The translations under genes and the position numbers were made by a program. 64,000 nt of DNA from an uncultured Eubacteriales bacterium (GTDB taxonomy: Bacteria; Acidobacteriota; Aminicenantia; Aminicenantales; Aminicenantaceae): NCBI GenBank assembly GCA_964406575.1, contig CAYOSH010000018.1, positions 817 to 64,816 of the forward strand, read 5' to 3'. The notes below the pieces were generated by a model. It ran no database searches. It was not told where the DNA came from and worked only from the letters and a program-made list of their open reading frames with translations. This document shows, in pieces, positions 1-9,369 of the stretch; within the stretch, counting starts at the first letter, position 1, and each line of letters starts with the position of its first letter.

Positions 1-1
1 A

Positions 2-910
2 TTGAATCTAAGTGAATTAGGAAAAGCCCTTCGTTATATCCCCGGGCAAAAACACATCCTTCTTTTTTCATCCGGTATTGCCAGCTCTCTTGTCTATGGA
101 CATTCCCCACCCCTGCGTTCTTATAGGCAGTGGTTCGGAGATACGACAGTCCGTAACAGATACGAAAACATGATGAAGGAACTTGCGGCCTCAAACAGTC
201 CGGTGTTTGCGTTGGATACCGAAGAACTCGGTTCGGCAGTGATGAGGGATGAGGAAGCCACGGGCCAGCGTTCTTTGAAGAAGCTGGCTAATACGACAGG
301 AGGAAAATACTACGACAATCTCCACAATTATGAAGAAATCATGGAAGAAATTCAGACTCTAACTGGTTCGTATTACGTCCTGGGCTATTACATCGATGAG
401 AAGTGGGATGGAAAATATCACAATGTTAAAGTTGAGGTCAAAAAGAAAGGATATAAGGTCCATGCACAGGGCGGATACTACAATCCGAAATCCTTCACGA
501 AATATTCAAAATTAGAAAAACAGATTCATCTGGTGGATCTCGCTTTAACCGAAAGGCCGCTGTTTCAGGATCCCGTTCGTTTTCCTCTGGAAGCCTCACA
601 CAGTCCGGGAGAAGAAAAAGGAAATCTTTCTCTTGTTTTGCAGATTCCGATAGAAAAACTTGAGGAAATTTCCGGTGAAAAAATCGAAATTATCAGTTTG
701 GTGTTCGATAAAAATGAAGATATTGTGGCTTTCGATCGAATTGAGAAGGATTTTACAAAATTTCCGGATGATGAGTTTCAATACTCATGTTATCTTTCAG
801 TTCCGCCCGGTGAGTACAAATGCCGGATTGTCATTCGCAATATGGAAACAGGCCGGGGCGCTGTCGGATCTGCTTCAGTGATCATCCCCGAAGAATCAGA
901 TATTAAATAA
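2..910 (+). CDS. VWA-domain protein, C-terminal part (gene begins upstream of the window)
   Basis: ORF is open at the window edge. Motifs NTTGGKYY, SYYVLGYY and KYHNVKVEVKKKGYKVHAQGGYY recall the C-terminal region of the VWFA-related acidobacterial family (TIGR03436-type). Recognised from memory, not searched. Confidence 0.7.
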   Translation: MNLSELGKALRYIPGQKHILLFSSGIASSLVYGHSPPLRSYRQWFGDTTVRNRYENMMKELAASNSPVFALDTEELGSAVMRDEEATGQRSLKKLANTTGGKYYDNLHNYEEIMEEIQTLTGSYYVLGYYIDEKWDGKYHNVKVEVKKKGYKVHAQGGYYNPKSFTKYSKLEKQIHLVDLALTERPLFQDPVRFPLEASHSPGEEKGNLSLVLQIPIEKLEEISGEKIEIISLVFDKNEDIVAFDRIEKDFTKFPDDEFQYSCYLSVPPGEYKCRIVIRNMETGRGAVGSASVIIPEESDIK

Positions 911-936
911 ATATAGACCCAATACGACGAAAGCCA

Positions 937-1800
937 ATGTTAAAACTTAAAATATTTATAATTTACTCACTCGTGTGTTTGATAATCCTCTCTTATGGTC
1001 TCCGTGGTATTCCGTCAGTAAATTATCAAGAGAAAAAAGCAATAGGCCTGGATGAAACACTGGATAAATGTACAGTTTATTGTGAGATGCTAGCTCGTGC
1101 CTCTCTTTTTTTTGTCTGCATAGAAAAAATCGAGGAGGAGATATATGAAATCAATTTGATAGGACATTCCGGGGGCATAGATACGAAAAAGATTGAGGGC
1201 AATACTTACATCTATGATTACCAATTGATAAAGAAAGGAAATAAAGTAGAGGAAAAGCGAATCTTGTTAGAGGAAAACGGAAAGAAAAAGAATGAAGAAA
1301 ATGCTCAATTAAAAACGGGAATGTTTTACTCAAAGAGATCTATCTTAGGACCTATCGGCCTTCTGTCACGAGAAAACCATGACAAGTATGGCTACGAAAT
1401 TCTTGATGAAGAATCCATCAGCGGAAGGAATATCATTGTTATTGAAGCCAAACCAAAGTCAGAGATGAACGATATGCCAAATTACGGCAAAATATGGATT
1501 GATAAACAAGACTACAGCATTCTCAAGATTGAAGTCGCAGAGGAATCACTCGTGGGATTTAAACAAATCAAAGAAGCCAGTAAATTAAATACAACCCCCT
1601 CAATATCAGTGACACACTTTTATGATGAGGTTTACACGACCGATAAAAATCAGGTCATTCACTTTCCTAGTCAAACGATCTTTCATTACCAAACACGTTC
1701 TCCAGGAAGGAAGTATAGAGATAGGCTTATTAAAGCGAAAAGCCAGTATACATACAGCAACTACAAATTTTTCACCGTGGACGTGGATGTGAAATATTGA
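937..1800 (+). CDS. hypothetical membrane-anchored/secreted protein (possibly LolA-like fold)
   Basis: 287-aa ORF 26 nt after the VWA gene on the same strand. It has an N-terminal hydrophobic helix (IFIIYSLVCLIILSYGL). The segment IIVIEAKPKSE..YGKIWIDKQDYSILKIEV resembles lipoprotein-sorting-like proteins; the fold call is weak. Confidence 0.6.
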   Translation: MLKLKIFIIYSLVCLIILSYGLRGIPSVNYQEKKAIGLDETLDKCTVYCEMLARASLFFVCIEKIEEEIYEINLIGHSGGIDTKKIEGNTYIYDYQLIKKGNKVEEKRILLEENGKKKNEENAQLKTGMFYSKRSILGPIGLLSRENHDKYGYEILDEESISGRNIIVIEAKPKSEMNDMPNYGKIWIDKQDYSILKIEVAEESLVGFKQIKEASKLNTTPSISVTHFYDEVYTTDKNQVIHFPSQTIFHYQTRSPGRKYRDRLIKAKSQYTYSNYKFFTVDVDVKY

Positions 1801-1993
1801 TGGAGAGATTAAGAGCTGAGGTCTTCTGCCTCAACAAGCGACATTACCCCATGTCCGACTTAATGATCCAAAAGGCCTGGTATATCGGCGCGTGATCCTT
1901 CAATGTCGCTATAATCAGCTCTGATTATTTATCTCTCCGCAAACGAGTCTCGTTTCACACACACAAGGGAAAAGATTCAGGAATATTGATGCT

Positions 1994-4609
1994 CTACTCG
2001 TACCTCAACGATTCAGCAGGATTTGCCAGAGCGGCCTTTATGCTCTGAACGCCTACTGTAAGGGCAGCAATTGACAGAGCGACAGCTCCACTCACCAGGA
2101 ATGGCTCAGGGCCCAAATTCATCCTGTAGGCAAAGTTTTCCAACCACCGGCTCAGCAGATAGTAGGCCACAGGCCAAGCGAAAACATTCGAAATAATCAC
2201 CCATTTTGTGAATTGTCTGGATAAGAGGACAGTTATCCCGCCTGCTGTCGCCCCCAACACTTTTCTGATCCCGATCTCCTTGACTCTTTTTGAGGTCATG
2301 AATGAGGCTAATCCCAACAAACCCAGACATGACACAAATAGGGCCAAACACGTGAATATGGTGATCAATTTCCCGGTTTTTTCTTCTGTTCTATAGAAGC
2401 TGTGATAGGCATCTTCCATATATCTGTAGTTAAAGCCCGCAAAAGGGAGCACGTTATTCCAGATTTCTTTAAGCGATTGGACAGTCTGCTCAGTGTTTGT
2501 CGGGCTTATCTTAATGGCCATCATGGCATACATTTTAGGCTCAATAAAAATGATCATCGGATTAATCTTATTGTGCAGAGACTGGACATGAAAATCTCTG
2601 ACAACACCCACAATGGTCATCTCAACCATTTCTTGATTCCGCGGAATGAGAAGTTTAGCCCCGACAGGATTATCCAATCCCAAAACCTTCACCGCGGTTT
2701 CATTCAGCAGGGCGCTTTCTTTTTCATCCATAGCGTAGTCTTTTGATAGGTCACGGCCTTTAACGAGGTGCAGCCCCATGGTTTTCACATACCCATAATC
2801 TCCTGGTAAAGCTTGGAGAGTGACCGTTTTTTCAGGGCCATCGCCCACTTTTCTGGCGCTCATTTGGAACTGGCTGTTTACACCCGGAGCTGTATAAACC
2901 CCTGAAACGCTCATAACATTCGGGTTGTTCAATATTTCACTTCTGAGGACTGGATACTTTTTCTTCACCTCTTCGTTTCCCCATGGAAATTGCACCAATA
3001 GAACATCCTTTTTTTCAAATCCGAGTTCTGAGTTTTTCATAAAACTAAGCTGCTGATAAACGACCAATGTGCCCACAATAAGCAAAATGGAGATACTGAA
3101 TTGCACAACGACCAGCGCATGGCGGAGCGATAGCTTGTTCCTGATACCCCAAGGTCCGCTTTTAATAATATCAACCGGGCGGAACCTGGAAAGAAAGAAT
3201 GCCGGATAGCCGCCGGCAAAAAGACCGACCACGCAGACGAGCAATACGATTAATCCATAAAGATAGACGGAATTGCTGGAACCGATGACAAATTCAATGT
3301 TGAGGAGCGCGTAGAGACTCTTATTGAGAATAATGAACAAATATATTCCTATGGCCGCGGCTATTAGGGCGACTAATGTCGACTCAACAAGGAATTGGTG
3401 GATCAGTTGCTTTCTGTTGGCCCCCACAACTTTCCGGACGCCCACCTCTTTCATCCGATCCACATACCTGGATGTGGAGAGATTCATGAAGTTGAAGCAG
3501 GCGATGAGAAGCACAAGGATCGATGCCGACAAAAAAAGATAGACATAGAGATAATTGCCCTTTGGTCCCATATCTCCCCTGGATTCATTATCCCAGTGAA
3601 TGGCCGAAAGAGGCTGCGGGATCAAATCCATCCGGCCTCTGTACCAGTCGCCCGCGTTCTTAATCAATAAGTTGTTCAGCTTTTCATGAAGAGTCTCTGC
3701 GGAAACGTTTTCTTTGAGCAGGACGTAATTGTGATCATCTCCCCAGACATTCCAAGGCTTTTCGGGGTATTCACCCAATGCCATGACTGTTTCGTAAGAA
3801 ACTAAAATCTCACAGCTCAGATGGGTATTGGCCGGTAGGTCTTTCATAACACCGGATATTTTGTAAGGTTTGTCGTTGATCGTTAAGGTCTGGCCTAAAG
3901 CTTCATTGGTCCCGAAATATTTACTGGCGATTTTTTGAGAAAGGACAACGGAATACGGCTCAACCAGCGCTTTTGATTTATCGCCCTCAAGAAGACTCCA
4001 GTTGAAGATATCAAAGATTTCCGGTTCTCCATAAAAGGCTTTGTCTTCTTCGAAGGACTGATTTTCCGCATCGGTTATGACAGTTTTCGTCATGTATCGC
4101 ACTCTTGCGGCGACTTCGACTTCCGGGACTTCTGCATTGAGAGTGGGCGCGATGGCCGGCATGGCGCCAGCAAATTTCATTCGGCTGCCTTCTTTTCCCC
4201 AATCTGTAATCACACGGAATATCCTGTCTTTATTGGGATGAAAATTGTCGTAGCTCGTTTCGTTGACCACAAACATCAGCATCAACAAACAGGCCGTCAT
4301 TCCGAGCGCCAAACCTGAAATGTTGATGATGGAAAATCCTTTATGCTTCATCAGTTGCCTGAAAGCGATCTTAAGGTAATTCCTGAACATGACAGTCCTC
4401 CATTTTGTGGTCAAAACGATATAATGGTAAAAGACCAGCAGAGTACTCCCCAGCAGCCAGAAAAATCCTTTCATGCGGCTGTGGTTCTCTGATATATCCT
4501 TGTATTCGATCTCGAAATCCCTGGAGACGGCGAACATCTCCTCATAGAGAGAGAGCCGGCCGAGAATGTGCAAGAAAAATTTTGGTGGATTGTGCGGTCG
4601 TTTTTTCAC
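1994..4609 (-). CDS. ADOP-type duplicated ABC permease (MacB periplasmic core plus FtsX domains, permease-prefix N-terminus)
   Basis: 871 aa. The N-terminus KKRPHNPPKFFLHILGRL is followed by FRNYLKIAFRQLMKHKGFSIINISGLALGM, then two FtsX-like 4-TM blocks. GTG start overlaps the PadR stop (GTGA). Confidence 0.9.
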   Translation of the reverse strand: MKKRPHNPPKFFLHILGRLSLYEEMFAVSRDFEIEYKDISENHSRMKGFFWLLGSTLLVFYHYIVLTTKWRTVMFRNYLKIAFRQLMKHKGFSIINISGLALGMTACLLMLMFVVNETSYDNFHPNKDRIFRVITDWGKEGSRMKFAGAMPAIAPTLNAEVPEVEVAARVRYMTKTVITDAENQSFEEDKAFYGEPEIFDIFNWSLLEGDKSKALVEPYSVVLSQKIASKYFGTNEALGQTLTINDKPYKISGVMKDLPANTHLSCEILVSYETVMALGEYPEKPWNVWGDDHNYVLLKENVSAETLHEKLNNLLIKNAGDWYRGRMDLIPQPLSAIHWDNESRGDMGPKGNYLYVYLFLSASILVLLIACFNFMNLSTSRYVDRMKEVGVRKVVGANRKQLIHQFLVESTLVALIAAAIGIYLFIILNKSLYALLNIEFVIGSSNSVYLYGLIVLLVCVVGLFAGGYPAFFLSRFRPVDIIKSGPWGIRNKLSLRHALVVVQFSISILLIVGTLVVYQQLSFMKNSELGFEKKDVLLVQFPWGNEEVKKKYPVLRSEILNNPNVMSVSGVYTAPGVNSQFQMSARKVGDGPEKTVTLQALPGDYGYVKTMGLHLVKGRDLSKDYAMDEKESALLNETAVKVLGLDNPVGAKLLIPRNQEMVEMTIVGVVRDFHVQSLHNKINPMIIFIEPKMYAMMAIKISPTNTEQTVQSLKEIWNNVLPFAGFNYRYMEDAYHSFYRTEEKTGKLITIFTCLALFVSCLGLLGLASFMTSKRVKEIGIRKVLGATAGGITVLLSRQFTKWVIISNVFAWPVAYYLLSRWLENFAYRMNLGPEPFLVSGAVALSIAALTVGVQSIKAALANPAESLRYE

Positions 4610-4935
4610 TTTTTCTTCTCCAAGGCTAAATCAGGAACATCACTCCAGGCCAGTTTGTGTATTTTTTGGACAGTTCCGAGGACCTTTTCGCCTTCACGAG
4701 TCAGCGAATAGAGAATCTTCCGTCGGCCTCCTTTCTTCGAGAGAGGCTCACTTTCTTGAGACACGACAAGGCCTTTTCGGAGCAGAAGGTAGAGTGTGTT
4801 GTAGAGAGATCCATAGTTTAGAGTTTTCCCTGTTATTTTACGGAAATTTTCCCTTATTGTTACGCCATATGCGTCCTCTTTAAGTTTCCAGATGGAAAGA
4901 AGGATCAGTTCTTCATTTTTTGTGAGTTCGGCCAT
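4606..4935 (-). CDS. PadR family transcriptional regulator
   Basis: 109 aa. LILLSIWKLKEDAYGVTIRENF..YGSLYNTLYLLLRKGLV..RRKILYSLTREGEKVL is a typical PadR winged helix. 4-nt overlap with the downstream permease. Confidence 0.9.
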   Translation of the reverse strand: MAELTKNEELILLSIWKLKEDAYGVTIRENFRKITGKTLNYGSLYNTLYLLLRKGLVVSQESEPLSKKGGRRKILYSLTREGEKVLGTVQKIHKLAWSDVPDLALEKKK

Positions 4936-4974
4936 TGTGTATCCTCAATATTTGTTAAAAGCATTTTTAGTCTC

Positions 4975-5007
4975 TATTTATATTTATCATAAATACATAT
5001 ATAAATA
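4975..5007. promoter_or_regulatory. AT-rich inverted repeat upstream of PadR (candidate operator)
   Basis: TATTTATAT (4975-4983) and ATATAAATA (4999-5007) are perfect 9-nt inverted arms with a 15-nt spacer. They lie 40-72 nt upstream of the PadR start. AT-rich DNA produces such palindromes by chance fairly easily. Confidence 0.25.
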
Positions 5008-5198
5008 AATACGTATTGAAGGGAAAAAAAGTTGCACTTAGATTTGCATTTAAATGGAAATCTTGGGCATTAGTCTTATAGAGAGTCTGAGAAAGGGATA
5101 TCCTATTTATGTCTGAAGTAAGGATATTTTTGCAGGGACGTGTTTTCCTTGCTTATGCCTGATTAGCTATGGGGAGATCGAACTGGGACCGCCTCGGT

Positions 5199-5678
5199 CT
5201 ATCTATCTTCCTGGTCGGAGTCTTTCTCCACAATTGCAAAAATAGCAGGCTCATACCCATATGTGATCACCCCGGCTTTTATATTGATGGTAATGTTACT
5301 GTCGTCTTTGTATTTGACAATCGTTTTGTAAACGATCGGCACCTCGCTTCCCGCAATTCTGCTGTCGTAATATTTTTGGAGTCTTGGAAGTTCGCTGGGA
5401 TGAACATGCTGAGAAAATGCGGTTCCAATAATTTCTGCTACAGAGTGGCCGGTTATCTCTGCAATTTGTTCATTTGCCCGGATAATTATGCCATTCTGTA
5501 CGATGGTCATCGCCTTTTTGCCCCTGGAAAAGAATTCTTGGTATTTTTTTTCAGTTTTCCAGTGTGGTATACCCGAGCGCTGCCTTACAATATCTATCTG
5601 TTCCAGCTCCACCATAAGCTTGTGCAGCTCCATTAAGTCCTTGCCATATCTGTTATTGAAAAAGTTGCTCGTGTCCAT
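5199..5678 (-). CDS. stand-alone PAS domain protein
   Basis: 159 aa. IIRANEQIAEITGHSVAEIIGTAFSQHVHPSELPRLQKYY..VYKTIVKYKDDSNITINIKAGVITY matches the PAS-fold pattern. The antisense ORF 5169-5636 has no recognisable features. Confidence 0.8.
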   Translation of the reverse strand: MDTSNFFNNRYGKDLMELHKLMVELEQIDIVRQRSGIPHWKTEKKYQEFFSRGKKAMTIVQNGIIIRANEQIAEITGHSVAEIIGTAFSQHVHPSELPRLQKYYDSRIAGSEVPIVYKTIVKYKDDSNITINIKAGVITYGYEPAIFAIVEKDSDQEDR

Positions 5679-6453
5679 GAACCCTCCTAGAGTACTTTAG
5701 GCCATCACCCCCCAGAAAGTCATGAAATGTATAAGAATGTAAAAAAAGTAGGAATATTTTAAATAAACCACTGCTTAATCCAATAGTTTAGTCGTGGGAG
5801 TTGATACAAAATTGAAAAAACGAGAGGTCAGATATTCAATTCATCTGCGCTCAGCAGCTTTTTGCAAGACAAGCACACATAGAATAACCGTGTTAGCTCT
5901 GTTCGGGATTCATCTCCCCATATGGATTCCGTCTCCGGAGGTGGGAGCTTTATCTCACGAAGATGAGAATTTTGACAATAAGGACACAAAATTTCAGTCG
6001 GATACATCGATTAGCAACCTCGGCGAACCCTGGCTATGCCGTAATTATTATGATCATATCGCAAATCTTTATAAATGACCTCAAGGGATGATATGAGGGG
6101 GTGATTTTTTTCCTGTTTTGTCTAGCCGCACACAGTCCTCGGGAATGTTCGCGTGTGTTCAATTGGTTTTGTGATTCATTTCCCAACATCCATTTCGTTT
6201 TTTCTGTTTTCGTTTCTGAATATCTGGTGTAAGCTTTTTATGTGCAAATTCTGGGATTCAAAAGACATTTGTCCTTTTTGGCGATCTATTATTGGGCTTT
6301 TGTTCTCTATTCTCCTTTCGGTGGAGATCGTTGCTGAAAAGTTCTTTTGTGCGTATCGTGAGAGTTAAAAACAGTAACGAATCCTGGCATAAACAGTATG
6401 GACATGTGGATCGTTATAATATTGTGCTATATCTTCCATTAAATGGAGCGAAA

Positions 6454-7677
6454 ATGAATACAGGAAAACGTCATGTCTTTTATTGGAGGTGTGTAGTCTT
6501 TTGTCTTGTTATGATAGTCGTATCCTGCAGCCCGGGGAAAAAAGAATGGCAGGGAGAAATAATCGAAAAAAATGGAACCACGATAGTTAAAAATCCTCAA
6601 GAGCCCTATTATGGAGAAATAACGCTTGAAATTGAGGAAGAGTTTGCAATAGGAAATGATGAGGATCCGAATTATCAGTTTTACCGGGTTGCGGGAATCG
6701 CCCTTGATAGCCACTCGAATTTATACGTCCTTGATTCTGGAAACAATCGGGTTCAGAAATTTGGTGATGAGGGAAATTATCTGATGACAATAGGCAGAGA
6801 AGGACAGGGACCTGGCGAGTTTACAAGGATCTCTTCTGTATTTATCGATGATGAAGACTCGGCTTATATATCAGATCAAAGAAGGATTCAAATCTTCAAC
6901 AGTGCTGGTGAATATCAGGAAAGCATCACCTTTGATAATGGCATTAATGAATTTTTTATTGATGTCGATGGCAACATCATTACCCTTATCATCCAGAATG
7001 ATGAGGAGGGAAGTCGAAAATACTTGGTCAAATACAGTGGGGATGGGAAATTAATCCGGAAAATAGACGAATTTTCTGATGTTCAGGCGGTACGCTCTCA
7101 GGATAGTTCGGGCAGAACCGTTGCCTTCAAAGCCTACCATCAGTACAACTATTGGCCATATATTTTCCCCATCACGGATCGAATATTTATTTATGCCTAT
7201 CCGTCTGAATATGCGATGACAGTTATGAGTAACACCGGCGAGGTCATCTCAAGGATAGAGAAAGATGAACCTCCCCTTGTAATCAGCACGGCGGAGAAAA
7301 ACTTCATAGTCAACAGCATTGAAGAGCGCGCGTCACAAATGGGACGGAAGCCACCCAGGGATGTGCTACTGGCTTCTTGTCAATTTCCCCCGCATCGCCC
7401 ATTTTTTCAAGGGATCTTTGTGGATAACACAGGTAGGATTTACGTAAGAAAGTCACATTCGGTGCTTGATGAAAGCGATCAGGTTGAGTTTGATATCTTC
7501 AGTCATGAGGGCACCTACATGTACAAGACTTTCCTTCCATTCAGTCCGGATTTTACGAGGAAGGATCGGCTTTACGATATCTTCACATCCGAGGAGACCG
7601 GTGAGGTTAAGATCAAAAGATACATAATCAAAAACTGGGATCAGATGAAAGCGGGGATACCCATATCCATTCGATGA
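6454..7677 (+). CDS. NHL-repeat / 6-bladed beta-propeller lipoprotein
   Basis: ATG at 6454 is preceded by GGAG. Signal sequence with lipobox (LVMIVVSC). NHL-like repeat LYVLDSGNNRVQKFGDEGNYLMTIGREGQGPGEF. The track ORF starts further upstream at 6292, but that extension has no signal logic. Confidence 0.85.
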   Translation: MNTGKRHVFYWRCVVFCLVMIVVSCSPGKKEWQGEIIEKNGTTIVKNPQEPYYGEITLEIEEEFAIGNDEDPNYQFYRVAGIALDSHSNLYVLDSGNNRVQKFGDEGNYLMTIGREGQGPGEFTRISSVFIDDEDSAYISDQRRIQIFNSAGEYQESITFDNGINEFFIDVDGNIITLIIQNDEEGSRKYLVKYSGDGKLIRKIDEFSDVQAVRSQDSSGRTVAFKAYHQYNYWPYIFPITDRIFIYAYPSEYAMTVMSNTGEVISRIEKDEPPLVISTAEKNFIVNSIEERASQMGRKPPRDVLLASCQFPPHRPFFQGIFVDNTGRIYVRKSHSVLDESDQVEFDIFSHEGTYMYKTFLPFSPDFTRKDRLYDIFTSEETGEVKIKRYIIKNWDQMKAGIPISIR

Positions 7678-8234
7678 AATTTGGCTTGAGATGTGAGACA
7701 ATAATATCGTTGGGAAAAATGAGGTTGTCATCGATCAAAACAGCTGCCACCGGTATCATTGCTCTCTTTCTCCTGATGAGTCTGTGCATATTTGTGTTTC
7801 CGTCACGAACCTCAATCCCTCCTGGCGAAAAAAAGGATGTGTCCCAAATTCTGAAAGACATTTACGAAGAGATCAAAGAGTTCGATAAATATCCCGGGTG
7901 TGATTTTATCAAGCGAGAGTTCTTTGTGGGTGAAGACGACGACGATACAAACAAGGATACACATGTAGTGATAATCGTCCAGGATATTGAAGAAAAGGCA
8001 AAAGTTACGATCCAGGTCACCTACATGGAGCGTAGCAAAGGCAGGCCTGTAGTAGGAATTGCCAAATGTGTGAAAACCCTCTTCTATTTTGTTCGGGACA
8101 ATCACTCTGAGATCATTAAAAGTGATTTCGATGAAAAGGAAAAAGAACACATCCTGCCCGGTATTCTTCGAGCAATTAAAAACAAAAAGAAACTTCTGAA
8201 AGAGATCGGATCTAATAAAGAGTTAAAACCTTAA
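7674..8234 (+). CDS. hypothetical secreted/membrane-anchored protein
   Basis: ATGA start/stop overlap with the propeller gene. Hydrophobic segment GIIALFLLMSLCIFVF. An alternative start exists at 7719. No recognisable family. Confidence 0.6.
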   Translation: MKFGLRCETIISLGKMRLSSIKTAATGIIALFLLMSLCIFVFPSRTSIPPGEKKDVSQILKDIYEEIKEFDKYPGCDFIKREFFVGEDDDDTNKDTHVVIIVQDIEEKAKVTIQVTYMERSKGRPVVGIAKCVKTLFYFVRDNHSEIIKSDFDEKEKEHILPGILRAIKNKKKLLKEIGSNKELKP

Positions 8235-9047
8235 CTTGAAGCCAGCCTTTAGAACAAAACCTGTCAAGTTGAAATTAGAGACGGTGTAATCCACATCGCC
8301 CATTTCCACGTCTCCTCCCGCTTGCTGGGCGTAGAGAAACGTCGAATTTTCCCAGATTCCTCCGGGAGGGTTATACGTGAGAAGGCTTTGGACAACACTT
8401 GTCTCGAAATCCTTAAAGCTCAAGATTCTATAGACGGCTTCCAGAGTAATGATCAATCCTCCTCCGACCTTGATGTCGATTCCACCCCCGGCGTGATATC
8501 CGATCGTGTTGATGTTGCTCTGCATGATCCATGTGAAGTGATACCAATAGTAATCGGGATTTTCGGTATACACATTTTTTTGGGGTTCGATGACCTCAGT
8601 ATTTCCGAAGTAATATCCCAGGCCGCCCAGAATAGACAGACTAAAACTATCTGAGAGGGGAAAAAATAAGATGCCGGATAAGGTCACGGGATATATTTCT
8701 GATGTGAACTTTGGTTCGTACCAGAAAGTCGCCAACATGACCTGGTCGTCTGTGAATATCCCCGTATGTCCCATCATGGATTTGTTCATAAAACCGAATC
8801 CCAAAGAAAGGCCAAAGTTTGGGTTGATCTGGTAGATGAGCTCGAGAGAATACTCCTTGCCTTGACCTGCATTTTCCGGCTCGGCCGCTTGATACCCGAA
8901 GAAACCGGTTGTGGATACGGCGTGTCCTTCCACTTGCCCACCCGAAGCAAGACCAAAGCTCATTTTTATCGCTAACTTTTCGGCATGAAGGTGAAACGGA
9001 GTCAAAAGCAGCATCGCAAGAATGACAAAAAAAGCACATTTTTTCAT
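8223..9047 (-). CDS. outer-membrane beta-barrel protein
   Basis: Signal peptide MKKCAFFVILAMLLLTPFHLHA. Alternating hydrophobic/Gly/Tyr-rich strands. C-terminal ..VLKAGFKLRF ends in Phe, as in OMP sorting signals. Confidence 0.75.
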   Translation of the reverse strand: MKKCAFFVILAMLLLTPFHLHAEKLAIKMSFGLASGGQVEGHAVSTTGFFGYQAAEPENAGQGKEYSLELIYQINPNFGLSLGFGFMNKSMMGHTGIFTDDQVMLATFWYEPKFTSEIYPVTLSGILFFPLSDSFSLSILGGLGYYFGNTEVIEPQKNVYTENPDYYWYHFTWIMQSNINTIGYHAGGGIDIKVGGGLIITLEAVYRILSFKDFETSVVQSLLTYNPPGGIWENSTFLYAQQAGGDVEMGDVDYTVSNFNLTGFVLKAGFKLRF

Positions 9048-9369
9048 GATTTCTCTTTCCTTTATTTGATAGTGTATTCAAAAAGATAAGCAAATATTAT
9101 ACCAAATATGAACAGATAGGAAATATTTTTTATGTCTGATGTAAGCATCCTTATTTCCGCGATAAGGGAATTAGAGGCAAAAAAGAGCGAGTCCCTGTCC
9201 TTATAAGTCGGATAGTGGAGGGTGGGGGGTCTTCGACGAATATGGATTGTGACTCGTTCCTGCAATTATCATTTGACTTGAGAACATCACGGAAATAAGG
9301 ATGCTTCTATGTCTGTTTTTCTGTCTCTTAAAGAGGTCAGTTGTCATGTGGAGAGAATCTTGGGAGAGT

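Noticed and set aside
5794-6368. ORFs 5794-6078 (94 aa) and 6153-6368 (71 aa)
   Set aside because: They have non-ATG or unsupported starts, no RBS and no recognisable motifs. They are treated as part of an unexplained non-coding gap rather than as genes.
6384-6400. Sigma-54 promoter (TGGCAT...)
   Set aside because: No GC element lies at the required 10-nt spacing from the GG. TGGCATTGC at 29007 fails in the same way.
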